Part shown: positions 45,109-59,200 of the stretch, in pieces
Numbering within the stretch: position 1 is the stretch's first letter
How the letters are laid out: each line of letters opens with the position of its first letter
Made by a program: the position numbers and the translations under genes
The notes under the pieces: model-generated
What the model was told of the DNA's origin: nothing
The model's database searches: none
What the model saw: the letters and a program-made list of their open reading frames with translations, nothing else
DNA from: Eledone cirrhosa
Taxonomy: Eukaryota
Assembly (NCBI GenBank): GCA_964016885.1
Contig: OZ024752.1
Location: forward strand, 49,290,001-49,354,000
DNA: 64,000 bases
Reading direction: 5' to 3'

Positions 45109-45110
<2 letters not shown>
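44952..45110 (+). mobile_element. RTE-like LINE 3' fragment
   Basis: Translates HGHTRRGRPRLTYVDALRTDTGL..MRDRDRWRELV..*, the RGRP...DR.W ending typical of RTE ORFs. Confidence 0.75.
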
Positions 45111-45146
<36 letters not shown>

Positions 45147-45273
45147 AAAGTTATATTTAAATTGTTGGGTTACAACTAGTAAATATTTATAACTGATATA
45201 AAAGCACTCGACAAATATTTGGAGTATATTTACAATATTAAATAAATGGAAACTATATTTATAAAACCATATT

Positions 45274-45339
45274 TATTTCATTATATATATTTCAGGGATA
45301 ACATATTAACAATATGCTATGCCTTCCTCAGACAAAATA
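45274..45339 (-). ncRNA. Hammerhead motif (family A, CUGAGGA)
   Basis: Left arm of a 169-bp inverted repeat. Confidence 0.75.
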
Positions 45340-45516
45340 CAATATAAACAGTTTTATAGATAAATAGATTCGACATACCGTAACAACATCTACTTGCATC
45401 TTTTATCACTGCAAGTAGATATCTAGTTATCTGCAAGTAGATATCTTAGTTATCTAATGCAAGTAGATGTTGTTACGGTATGTCGAATCTATTTATCTAT
45501 AAAACTGTTTATATTG

Positions 45517-45582
45517 TATTTTGTCTGAGGAAGGCATAGCATATTGTTAATATGTTATCCCTGAAATATATATAATGAAATA
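45517..45582 (+). ncRNA. Hammerhead motif (family A, CUGAGGA)
   Basis: TATTTTGT-CTGAGGA-agg..ATAGCATATT gtt AATATGTTAT..cct-GAAA-TATATATA-ATGAAATA. Confidence 0.75.
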
Positions 45583-45650
45583 AATATGGTTTTATAAATA
45601 TAGTTTCCATTTATTTAATATTGTATATATATATATATATATATTTTTAT

Positions 45651-45797
45651 AGTACGTCCTCATCAGATAAAATAAGATGATGCATGACATACCCTGACAT
45701 AGTAGATGGTTAAAATCGAGTCATGGTAGTGAGTAAGATATTTTATCTGATGAAGACGTACTGTTGAAGTTAGATCAGTACCTCTGAAATATATATA
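45651..45797. ncRNA. Two truncated family A hammerheads in inverted orientation
   Basis: Minus half-core at 45651-45674; plus copy 45739-45797 lacks the 3' strand of stem I; same subfamily as 3498-3630. Confidence 0.6.
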
Positions 45798-45820
45798 TAC
45801 ACACACACATATATATATAT

Positions 45821-45852
<32 letters not shown>

Positions 45853-46111
45853 CCAGGGAGTGTAACGTGAGGCTACTGTAGGTTCTCCCAACTGAACATT
45901 CGATGTTTAGATTCACGTCTGTATCGAGTGTAAATATAATAATACAATTATATATATAAATATATATATATAAAATAAAGTACCAGTAATACACTGTGGT
46001 AGTTGCTGTCCTCGTGCCAAAAGTAGAAACAATTATATCGTATGGATGAGATATCTTTTAGCCTTAACAACATAAAGGGTGCACACACACACACACTCAC
46101 TCACTCACTCA

Positions 46112-46221
<110 letters not shown>

Positions 46222-46337
46222 CACACTCTCTCTCACTCACACACACACTCTCTCTCTCACACACACACACACTCTCTCACACACTCACACACACACACAC
46301 TCTCTCACTCACACACTCACTCACTCACTCACTCACA

Positions 46338-46368
<31 letters not shown>

Positions 46369-47496
46369 GTGCGGGGAAAGGCATGAATGTCTCCATAACA
46401 CTGTCGTCCCCTCACTGTCCCCCGTTAGCCAATACTTCCTTTATCAGTCTCAGATTTTAATGGCTTTGGAAAAGAACCAATCTTTATTATGAAGTCACCG
46501 TGTGTGATGGTGTGTGTGTGCATGCATGATTGTGTGTGTGTGTGTGTGTTTGGAAGTGCGTATGTACCTGAAAGTGTGGTGGTGGTGTGTGTATGCATGT
46601 ATGTTTGTGTGTGCGTATGTACCTGTAAGTGTGGTGGTGGTGTGTGTATGTATGTTTGTGTGTGCGTGTGTGTTTGAGATTGCGTATGTGCATGAGAGAT
46701 GAGTGTGTGTGGTGGTGTGTGTGTGTGGCGTGTATGAGTGTGGTGGTATGCATGTGTGTGCGTATATGCATGTGTGTGTGTGTGTGTGAACGTGTATTTG
46801 AAAATGCGTTTGTGCATGTAAATGTTGTGCTGTGTGTATGTAGTGGTGGGTATGCATGTATGTATGTGTGTGTGTGCGAGCGTATGCATGTGGGTATGTG
46901 TGTTTGTCTGCGTATGGATGTGCGTGTGTGTATGTGTGTTTGTACGTATACATGTGTGTGTGCATGATTGTGCGATGGTGTGTTCGAAAATGCGTGTGTG
47001 TATGTGTGTTTGTGCGTATGCATGTGTGTGTGTGCGAGCGTGTGTTCGAAAGTGCGTGTGTGTGTGTGTGTGCGAGAGTGTGCGATGGTGTGTTCGAAAG
47101 TGCGTGTGTGCTGGTTAGCTGTGTTCTTTCATCTTGTGTAACACGTAATAAACATATGCTGCTCTCTAACGAAGCATCCATAGATTGCCTGCCTCACTGC
47201 TGTAAGATGAGGTCCAATATATCTTTATATAATAGCTATTATCTGTCATAACATCCCTTCACCACCACACAGCAATGGCGCCTCGCCTCTCCTTGTGCTG
47301 AACATATATATCTCTCTCTCGATCGCGAGATTGTTAGTTCGCTACCTGGCGGTAAAGGGTTCTGTCCTTAAGCAAGGTATTTTATTTCATTTGCTTCAGT
47401 CTATTCAATTTGAAGTGTGGGGGTGGGGGGGGAATGAGGATGAGTTTTTAAGAAAAGCATCCGTTGGAGTTCGCAAATTATATATATATATATATA

Positions 47497-47544
<48 letters not shown>

Positions 47545-48642
47545 TGTGTGTGTGTGTGTATAATTTAAAACTGTCGTTCGTTCAGATGCGACGTATAGCA
47601 ATAATTGTAGAGTAATTTACTTTATTAATATTTTCCTGGTGTCGCGGGGAAGCAAATTAGATGTTGTGGCATTCATGGTTTTCCTGAGACGTCTCTGAAA
47701 TGTAAGTTTGGCGACGAGTTCTAACAAGGAATCTCGACACCTCATAGTCTCTTTACCAAACGCAATCTTCTGGAGACAGCCTGATCTCTTGTAGTTGCCT
47801 CGGGGTTTTTTTTCTTTACTTTTTGTAAAAAAACCTGACAGAAGTGGACTGTGTCAAGGGACATAACTCTCAGGTCTAAATTATTCTGGACACGGACTCT
47901 CTCTCTCCTTATCCCCCCCTCTCTATCTTTACCCCCCTCTATCTTTCTCTCTCTAACTTCCTCTCTATGTGTGTGTGTGTGTGTGTGTGATTTCTTATAA
48001 GGTTTTATGATGAAAAAATCAAAGAAGTTAGAAGAGAGAGACTTAAGTTATATAATTCTTGGTTTACTTGATGATATTGGCGTCGTAAATATGTGTGTGT
48101 GTGTGTGTGTGTGTAACTGGAAATATATATATTGTTTTTAAATTGTTAATCGATTATAAACGGCACCACACCGGTCATTGACAGACCTGCAAAACACACG
48201 TGTACAAACGCATACACATCTACATACATACATACACACGTGTACACACACACACACACATGTACATACACACACACACATGTACATACACACACACACA
48301 CATGTACATACATACATACATGTACATACACACACAACACTTGCTCCTGTGCTTACGAGAAAAACTGATTTGAAAATAAAATCTAGTTATTAATATTTCA
48401 ATCACATATATTTTTATTGTTTTGGTCGTTTATTTTGGTTGTGCGGATGATTTGTTTAACCACCGTCTCAGTGTGTTTGGCCCTTAACATATGTTGTAGC
48501 TCTGATTCATATGAATCATCGAGCGCTTGCCACACATCTCGGAAGTTGATTTTCGTTAATTCCTGAGCTGAAGTATGATTCTCGCTAATTTATATTTATA
48601 AAAGATGGCGTAGAAATACAATGTAACGGGAGGAATCTATAG

Positions 48643-48680
48643 CACCACTGACGATGTTGCAGATGTGCAACGAAAGAACT
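48643..48680 (+). ncRNA. Partial hammerhead-like core
   Basis: CTGACGA-t-GTTGCA gatg TGCAAC-GAAA; closure of stems I and III not identified. Confidence 0.4.
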
Positions 48681-48960
48681 TTGATAAACTATATATATGT
48701 GTTTGTGTCTATATTGTATCTGTATTATTTTTGACCGTTGGTCAGTCAATGGCAACATTGAGGACCGAATAAATTAGATTACCGATATAAAAGACACAGA
48801 AGCGAAAAGCGAAAACCAACCAAACAGTGAGTGTGTTCTGTTATTAATTCTGGCAATATTATTACAACGATATGACCCTCCCCAAGTATAACAATATTTG
48901 TTTCGACACACGATTTCATATAAAAAACCTCGCAAAACTAATTCATCGCCGTTATATTTA

Positions 48961-49017
<57 letters not shown>

Positions 49018-49469
49018 CATTTCTATTTTAAATATTTATACTCTGCTATGTATTGAGTACCTTACTTACTGTGGTTACCCCCAATTGAACCCGGGGTAAA
49101 TATATATATATATATTCTGAATACAGAACTGGACCATTTTCCTGATGAAACCAGTGTTCCGTCTTCTTGTCTTATTTCCTACTTACCCTAACCCTTGGTG
49201 TTTGCCAAGGTCACTCTGAGGCCTTTTGAGCCCATGTTTTGCGTTCATATCTGAAATTTCTTCTTTTATTCTACAATAGATTCAGCTATGAGATTTAGCT
49301 CATCAACATATAGGAGTTACTGTTAGTAACGAGTATTAAACCCCTTTGTTATAATAATAATAATTGTTTCTACTTTTGGCGCAAGGCCAGCAATAACACA
49401 GTACATTACTGGTACTTTATTTTATCGACCCCGTAAGGATGAAAGGCAAAGTTAACCTCGGCAGGAAGG

Positions 49470-49548
49470 AATAATAATAATGAAATTATTGTGTACAGTG
49501 CTCAGGTGCACTACAACTCATCAAAAGTGCATGTATAGTACATAGAAT
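49470..49548 (-). mobile_element. CR1-like 3'UTR stub between two SINE copies
   Basis: Same motif as 26009-26080. Confidence 0.8.
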
Positions 49549-49728
49549 AATTGTTTCTAGTTTTGGCACAAGGCTAGCAATTACCCAGTGTATTACTGGT
49601 ACTTTATTTTATCGACCCCATATGGATGGAAGGCAAAGTTAAGGCGGGATTTGAACCCAGATCATAAAGAGACGTAACTCTACGCATCAAAGCATAGCGT
49701 CCGACCCTCTACCGACTCTGCTAATCCA
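49546..49728 (-). mobile_element. tRNA-derived SINE, family A
   Basis: High similarity to 31208-31397 and 62435-62624. Confidence 0.85.
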
Positions 49729-49734
49729 TAGAAT

Positions 49735-49872
49735 GATGTACGAATTTCGGGACATGGGTGACTATAATATACAGGAGAGGGCTGAGGACAGAACCTTGTG
49801 GGACCCCTACTTGTATGCAGAATTCATTTTTAGCTCTAACTTTGCTGACTGTATCTTTATACATGACCTGTA
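49735..49872 (-). mobile_element. Non-LTR RT internal remnant (RTE-like)
   Basis: Translates MYKDTVSKVRAKNEFCIQVGVPQGSVLSPLLYIIV (RT QG..LSP motif). Confidence 0.75.
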
Positions 49873-50045
49873 TGGCATCTCATTAGCTAGTCATCAGCCC
49901 CTATATTCAGCAGCCCCTATATTCATCAGCCCCTAGTCGTTCAAGAGGCCACCAAATTATAGAACAGAGCTATCATGTTGAAAGCTGACCCCAGCTCAAT
50001 GAATGTTAGAGAGGATGGCTCTCAGCTAAGTATCTTTCCTACAGA

Positions 50046-50716
<671 letters not shown>

Positions 50717-51952
50717 AAATACATATATATATATATATCCTTCAGTCCACCACCCTCTCACTCTCGCTCTATTTCTCTATCTATCTATCTATCTATCTCA
50801 CTCCCCCCCCCCCCTTCTCTCTTTTATTCCTGTTCGCTCTCACTTTATCTTTCTCATTCTTATGCTTCCCCCCTCTTTCTTTCTCTCTCTCTCGGGCTTC
50901 CTTCCCCCTCTCATGTAGCGCTTCCCTCTCTCTCTCTCTCTCCTCCATGCCCCCCCCTCTCTCTACCCCTCTTTCACCCCCCTCCTCTCTCAGTACTGTA
51001 ACAGATGGCTGTTATGTGTTGCTCTTGTCATCTTCATATTTCTGATAAATAAGAGTTGATCAGATAAATGGATTAATGACTGTTTTAGAGGCTTTGATTT
51101 TCCTATTATCAGTTTGACAGCTACAGAAAACCAGGAACAATATATACACTATATATATATATATACACTATATACACACTATATATATATATACACTATA
51201 TATACACTATATATATATAGTGTATATACACTATATATATATATATATACACTATATATATATATACACTATATATATATATATATATACACTATATATA
51301 CACTATATATATATATACACTATATATACACTATATATATATAGTGTATATACACTATATATATATATATATATACACTATATATATATATACACTATAT
51401 ATATATACACTATATATATATATATATACACTATATATATATATATACTATATATATATATATACACTAATATATATATATATACTATATATATATATAT
51501 ACACTATATATATATATATATATACTATATATATATATATACTATATATATATATATATATACTATATATATATATATATACTATATATATATATATATA
51601 TACTATATATATATATATATATACTATATATATATATATATACTATATATATATATATATACACTGTATATATATATATATACACTATATATATATACAC
51701 TGTATATATATATATATACACTATATATATATACACTATATATATATATATATACACTATATATATATACACTGTATATATATATATATATACACTGTAT
51801 AGATACAGTATATATATATAGATACAGTGTATATATATATATATAGAGATATACACACAGCCTGTATATCCTGATTCTGTCATGATACTGACTATAATAT
51901 ATGTATGTATATGTCCAAGTGTTTTTTGTGTGTATATATACATATATATATG

Positions 51953-51985
<33 letters not shown>

Positions 51986-52084
51986 GTGTGTGTGTAGACG
52001 TGTCCAATACATATATATATATATGTACACACATGTACATGTAGATATATATATGTATGTATATATACACGTACATGTATGTAC

Positions 52085-52115
<31 letters not shown>

Positions 52116-52137
52116 GATTTACATGTAGATATATATG

Positions 52138-52187
<50 letters not shown>

Positions 52188-52248
52188 GATTTACATGTAG
52201 ATATATATATATGTATATATAAAATAAGACTGATTAAGTTTTCTAATT

Positions 52249-52280
<32 letters not shown>

Positions 52281-52336
52281 GTGTGTGTGTATAGATGTAT
52301 GGTTTTATATGTGTTTATGTCTATATTTTTATATAC

Positions 52337-52376
<40 letters not shown>

Positions 52377-52549
52377 TTATCAGTCTGTGAGTATAAGTTT
52401 GCGTGCTGAACAGAATATATTTAATTTTTGTGTAGAAAATGTTTTTTTTTTTTTTTTTAGTTTTAAATATGAGAGGTGGGGGGGGGGGGCCTTAATGAAA
52501 CTAAATAAATTTAAAACATTTTCATATTTATCTATTCTTATCATCGATT

Positions 52550-52993
52550 GTCATCAGTATTGTCATCACCATCATCCTATTATCCTTATCATTGTCATTA
52601 TCACCATCATCACCATCATCACCAACATCACCACCACCACCATCACCATCATCCTATTATTGTTATCATTATCATCATCATCATCAACATCATCATCATC
52701 ATCATCATCAACATCATCATCATCATCACCATCGTCACAATCATGACCTCCACCATCATCGCCATCACCATCATCACCAATATCATTATCATCATTATCA
52801 TTGCCATCATCCTATTATCCTTATCTTGGTCATTATCACCATTATCAACATCATCATTACCAATATCATTATCATCTCCATCACGACTACCACCATTAGC
52901 ATCATCATCATCATCATCATCACCATCATTAGCATCACCATCATCACCACCACCATCACCACCACCACCACCACCACCATCACCACCACCACC

Positions 52994-53024
<31 letters not shown>

Positions 53025-53140
53025 CCATCACCGTCACCTTCAATATCACTACAATCTCCATTGCCACCATCACCACAATCTCTATCACCATCACCATCAC
53101 CATCACCACCACCATCACCACCACCACCACCATCACCACC

Positions 53141-53174
<34 letters not shown>

Positions 53175-53299
53175 CCATCACCGTCACCTTCAATATCACT
53201 ACAATCTCCATTCCCACCATCACCACAATCTCTATCACCATCACCATCACCATCACCACCACCATCACCACCACCACCACCACCATCACCACCACCACC

Positions 53300-53330
<31 letters not shown>

Positions 53331-53434
53331 CCATCACCGTCACCTTCAATATCACTACAATCTCCATTGCCACCATCACCACAATCTCTATCACCATCAC
53401 CATCACCATCACCACCACCATCACCACCACCATC

Positions 53435-53468
<34 letters not shown>

Positions 53469-53563
53469 CCGTCACCTTCAATATCACTACAATCTCCATT
53501 GCCACCATCACCACAATCTCTATCACCACCACCACCACCATCACCACCACCATCACCACCACC

Positions 53564-53597
<34 letters not shown>

Positions 53598-53682
53598 TCA
53601 TCACCGTCACCTTCAGTATCACTACAATCTCCATTACCACCATCACCACAATCTCATCACCATCATCATCATCATCATCATT
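52550..53682. repeat. (CAT/CAC)n trinucleotide repeat with higher-order unit
   Basis: CCGTCACCTTCAATATCACTACAATCTCC core recurs five times. Confidence 0.9.
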
Positions 53683-53798
53683 GTAATCCATAAACTTCAT
53701 TAAAAATTTTCAGCTATAGATGTTTTATCTAATAATTTATAGTTGAAATAACGAGATAACAAACCATTATACATATATCCTTATGTATATATATATAA

Positions 53799-53848
<50 letters not shown>

Positions 53849-54039
53849 ATTAATATTTTTGCTTTTAAAACTTTAACAGAATTTAAAAAAAAAATACCAA
53901 AAAAATCAAACAACGGAACAAAACTATATGTAAACAACACTAACACTAACACACACTCACATACACACACACTCACACGCACACACTCACACACACACAC
54001 TCACACACACACACACACACGCACGCACACACACACACG

Positions 54040-54083
<44 letters not shown>

Positions 54084-55124
54084 CAACAAACTATAATAAT
54101 AACTTATTTATAAAATACTGGCTTGGATAAATGAAATTAGGTTTTGTTCCCCCTGTTGTACAGATTTTCATTTTAATCTACAGTAAATATCACTAAATTA
54201 TAAGGTTAAACTATATTTTTACTGGTGTATGTAGCTATAATTATCAGTTATATCTATACATCTATATTTGAAAACAATTTAATTGAATTAACTAGTTTTT
54301 TGGTGTGTTTTTTTGGCTTATGTTTTTGTTCCTCAATTTACAAAAAATGTTTTCCTTTTTTTGATTTTGATTTTTTCTGTTTTAATGACTCTGAATATTT
54401 AAATATTTAAGTGTCAAATATATATAAATTTACAAATAAGCAATAATTTTCTTATTTTTCTTATATGTTTTATTTTTGAAGTGAAGTGAATTATTTTTTT
54501 CTAAATTTCTTTAAAAATATCTTTTTTTGGGGAGGGGGGGGGGGTTATATTTTATAACTTTTTCCCCCTACTTCTCTTTAAATCAATGAATAGATAAAAA
54601 AGCAAAGATATTTTTAGATAAGAGTTTATACACTTTTTAAATAACAAACTTATTAAACTTGGGGGATTTTAAAATAATGTAGTTTTACTTCTGTTTAACA
54701 TTATTAGGGGAGGTTGGTTCAATTTCATTGGAAAGATCATTCACACAACAAACAAAATACTTCACTTTACTTAACTGAAGCTCTTTATGTTCTTAGTTCA
54801 AATCCTTCTAGGGTCACAGTCTTTGTTTTTCAGCCTTCTGAGGTCAATAAAGTAAAGTACCAGTCAAGTAAAAAAATTTGCTGGTATTGTACCTAAATTA
54901 GAGTTTATTATTGCAAATATCGGTAGATCGTCAGACGCCATGCTTTGCAGCATAGTTTCGGCCCTTTACGATATAAAGTACCAGTAATGTACTGGGATAA
55001 TTGCTGGACTTGTCCCAAAAGTAGAAACAATTATTATTGCCAGAATCGTTAAAGCATTGGACGAATGCAATAATGGTTTCTTATTTAGGCATAAGGCCAA
55101 ATAGAGGGTTGTAGGGACAGAGTC

Positions 55125-55727
55125 CTCAAACACTCCTTCTGGTGGGTCCTGTCAGGAGCAACCATTTCCAACTGATCTGGCTGGATCCCAAGCTAGACCA
55201 GTCAAGCCAAGTGCAAGGTGGTTGGATGTTATCCAAATATTTTCCTCGGAGTCTACCCCTGGGTCTCCTGCTGGTTGGTTTTGCCCATAAAATCTGTCCA
55301 GCAATTCTTTCCTGAGACATTCTAATCACATGTCCATAGTATCAGAGCTGTGATCTCTCAATTCAGAGAAGTAGTGGCTCTATCTGTAGTGACTCTCTGG
55401 TCTCTGAGCTACAAATCTGTCCAGCAATTCTTTCCTGAGACATTCTAACCACATGTCCATAGTATTGGAGCTGTGATCTCTCAATTCAGAGAAGTAGTGG
55501 CTCTATCTGTAGTGACTCTCTGGTCGCTGAGCTACAAATCTGTCCAGCAATTCTTTCCTGAGACATTCTAACCACATGTCCATAGTATTGGAGCTGTGAT
55601 CTCTCAATTCAGAGAAGTAGTGGCTCTATCTGGAGTGACTCTCTGGTCTCTGAGCTACAAATCTGTCCAGCAATTCTTTCCTGAGACATTCTAACCACAT
55701 GTCCATAGTATTGGAGCTGTAATCTCT
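55125..55727 (-). mobile_element. RTE-like LINE 3' remnant with an internal 123-bp tandem repeat (~3.6 copies)
   Basis: YYGHVVRMSQERIAGQI..RRPRGR; unit starts at 55290, 55413, 55536, 55659. Confidence 0.8.
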
Positions 55728-56256
55728 GAATATATATTCTTGTTTTAGCAAGTAGTTAGTTTAAGTAATTTATTTCTGGGTTTTGTGTCTAGCTATTGAA
55801 GAAATACATGTAACAACAGAGCATATGCAAGTGTCTAAAATTTGTTAACTCTTTTAATGACAACATTTTACATACAACTGAGATGTGGAGTGGTGGTGGT
55901 CATGTTTAGATATGATTAAAACAAAAGAGAGAGAGAAAGATAGAAATAAATAAATAGATATGTAGGCATGTAGATAGAGGGATAAATAGATATATTTCTT
56001 TTATTTGCCACTAGGGCATCAAAAGTGGGACAAGTACAAAGGGGGGAGTTTACACAAAAAGGCGTCCTCAATAAGGAGGAGGCAATAACAAAATATAAAA
56101 ATAAAATAAGATATAACAAAAAATAACATTTTTAACAAAATCCTCAATAGAGAGGAGGCGCCTTGGGGGGTCGCACACACCCCCGAAAAAAGTGTGCAAC
56201 CCTTCTCCTCAGGAGCACAGAGAAGGGGTGCTCCCTTGGTCTTTCATCTTCCTCAC

Positions 56257-59200
56257 CTATAGTCTGATGTAGAGTGAAGGCCCATTCACACGGGCCATTC
56301 TCGCCACTTTCACCCATCTTTCATAGAAACGGCTGGGGTGCAGCACCTCTCTCTCCATCCTGATCCTTCTTCCGAAATGATATCGGAAGAAACGGACCAG
56401 TTGTTGGCCAGAGAGAAAGGTGCCCGACCTCAGTCCTTTCAGACGCGTCCACCATACAACCTCTTTCGCCATGGCTATTACGCACAGAAACACCGCCTCT
56501 GCTTCATCTTTGAAGGGGGGAGGCGGCTTGATCATTACAATAGACTCGGTGGTCAACCGGATCGGTCCCACCCTTGACAGCAGTTGTTCGACATAGCCCC
56601 ACAGATCGGCTACGCCCGAGCAGTGTACTAATGCGTGTGCAACGGTTTCCTCGTCGCACACGCATCTGGGACAGATCTTTTTGGCGGGGTCCCTACCCGG
56701 GCGCCCGTGTCTGTAGAGCCTTTCTCGAACGGGTAAAGCCCCTCGGTAGCACTGCCAGGCCAGGGACTTCTGGAAGTTGTCCATAGGTCCCGGGCTGAAT
56801 GTCCTACCGAAAAGGCTGGCCAGTTCGTCCTCCTCCATGTCTAGGGCTTCTCCGAGGGCGTCGTCGCACCTGCTGCGTACCAGCCCTCTATAGAATGTTG
56901 CGGTGGAGTCTCCACTGATAACCGGATCCGCCTGCCAGAGGGCGGTGAGCGCCTGGGCACACTCAGTGTGCCAGGCGCCCAGTTTTCTCGGTCTTTGCTT
57001 GACCCAGGATTGCAGCTCGGTGAGTGAGACGAGTCTGGGAAAGGTTCGTCTCACAAACGAGGCCCACACCGGTTGTCCGGTGAGGAATACGTAGAGGTGC
57101 CGTAGCCTTAATGCGTGTTTACGCATCATTAGCCACGGCATCCCCAGCCCTCCTTTCGAAGGGTGTTGACAGCAGATGGATCTCCTCACCATAGGAGCCC
57201 GCCTCTTCCAAAGGAATTGGAAGAGCGCGCGCTCCATCTTGGTGAGGGTTTCCCTTGGGCAGGGCACTACGGTCAGGCGGTAGTAGATGACGGACGCTAT
57301 GTAGGTGTTCGCCACCTCCGCCCGACCTTTCAGGGATAGTTTGCAACTGGCCCACTTCTGGGTCAGTGCAAACACTCTGTTCGTAACCTCCGCCCAGTTT
57401 TTCTCCACCTGGAGGTCCGGTCCGAACCAGACCCCGAGCAACTTCACCGGGCCCTCCGTCCAGCGTCCGACGACGCTATCGGAGGGCATCGGTCTGCCCC
57501 TCCACGTGCCGAGTTGCAAACCGATCGACTTGTCCCGGTTCAGCTTAGCCCCTGTGAACTTTTCGTACTCCTCCAGTAAGGTGCCGACCGCCTCGATTTC
57601 GGAGGCCGTCGACACCATTACTGTCACGTCATCGGCGTAGGCCGACACCGCTTTCCGCAATCCCGGTTCCAAAGGGATGCCCTGCAACAACTCCAACTTC
57701 CGCAGTAGTGGCTCGAGAGTCAATACATACAGAAGGGAGGAGAGAGGGCACCCTTGTCGGATGGACCGCGCGATTTTGAACGGCTCCGAGAGGTAGCCGT
57801 TCACCTTGACCCTAGAGCAGATGCGGCTGCTGTGCATAGCAGTGATCCAGCCCCTGAAAACGGCTCCGAAGCCTGCCGCCGCTAGCACCGCATCCAGGTA
57901 ACCATGGTCGACCCTATCGAACGCCTTAGATTGATCCAAGTTGATCAGAGCCCCACCAAAGCCGGGTTCGTTCCCAACCCTCTCTATGATGTATCGCATG
58001 AGGTGGAGGTTGTCATGGATGGACCTGGACGGGATAGCGCATGTCTGCGCATCTCCCACCAGGTTGCCCACGACAAGCGCCAACCTCTTTGCTAGCACCT
58101 TGGCCAAAATCTGTAACTCTGTATTTAGCAGTGTTATGGGCCTGAAGTTACTTATTTCGTCCCCCTTGTTCTCGTCCTTCCTCACTAGCGTGACTACGCC
58201 CTTGGTCACAGTACAGGGAATTCTCCCGTTCTGTTGCCAGTTGCAGTAGACCGCCTCGAGGAGATCGGGGAACAAGTCCGGCATAGCTAGATATAATTCG
58301 TAAGGAAGACCATCGAGACCCGGGGATTTGCGTTTGCCGCATTGGCTCAGCACGTCCTCTATCTCAGCGGCCGAAATCGGCTCCTCGCAGGACTTCGCCT
58401 CCCTGTCCGAGAGGCGCGGCAGGCCGTCGAGGTATGGACCGAAGTCCACGTTCCCAACCGGCTCCCCGCCCCTCCCGAACAGTCGGGCAAAGTGCCTTTG
58501 AAAGGCCTCACACATCTGCTTAGGCTCAAGAATCGCCCGTCCATCCAGGTCTCGCAAAGACCGGATGGTGGATTTAGTTCCACTGTTGGCCTCTGTCACG
58601 CGGGCCCAGCTAACAGCTTTGGTCCCCTCGTTCCCTAGAGCACGTATTTTACTTCGGACAACGCAGCCTTCGTGCTTCGCGTCGAAAAACTGGCTCAAAG
58701 CCGTTCTCGACGCTAGCACTCTGGCCACGTCGCCGCTTCTAATTGCCTCTTCTACTCTATCTATTAGCTCCCTTTCCTTCCTATTCCTATCCGCAGCTAG
58801 AACCTTACTAAATTCTATCGAGACTACTCTAATCTCTCTCTTTAGAGATACCCACCACCTGCTGTTGACGATCGCTCCAGTCAACCGTTCCTTAACTAAC
58901 GTACTAATCCGATTCCTGTAGGCTCTACTTGCCGGCAAGGACAAGTTGAGCTTCCAGTAACCGGGGCCCTGTCTATGAGTTCTGTCAAGGTTGACCATGC
59001 AGGTCACTAATTTGTGGTCTGAATAGCCAACAATGCGCATTTTTGGACAACTTAAAAAGTCCTTATCCTTAATTCTAACTAAGAACCTATCTAGGTACGA
59101 CCTAGATGATCCGCTACGATTTGCCCAAGTCCAGGTTGGCGCAGTCGGAAAATCTAGTCGATATCTATCGGCCAGGTCAAATCGACCGATTAACCCTTTG

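Noticed and set aside
49138-49160. CTGATGAAAC
   Set aside because: No room for stem II between the two core halves
52548-53700. 381-aa Ser/Pro 'extensin-like' ORF and overlapping ORFs
   Set aside because: A CAT/CAC repeat open in several frames on both strands; no unique domain or signal peptide
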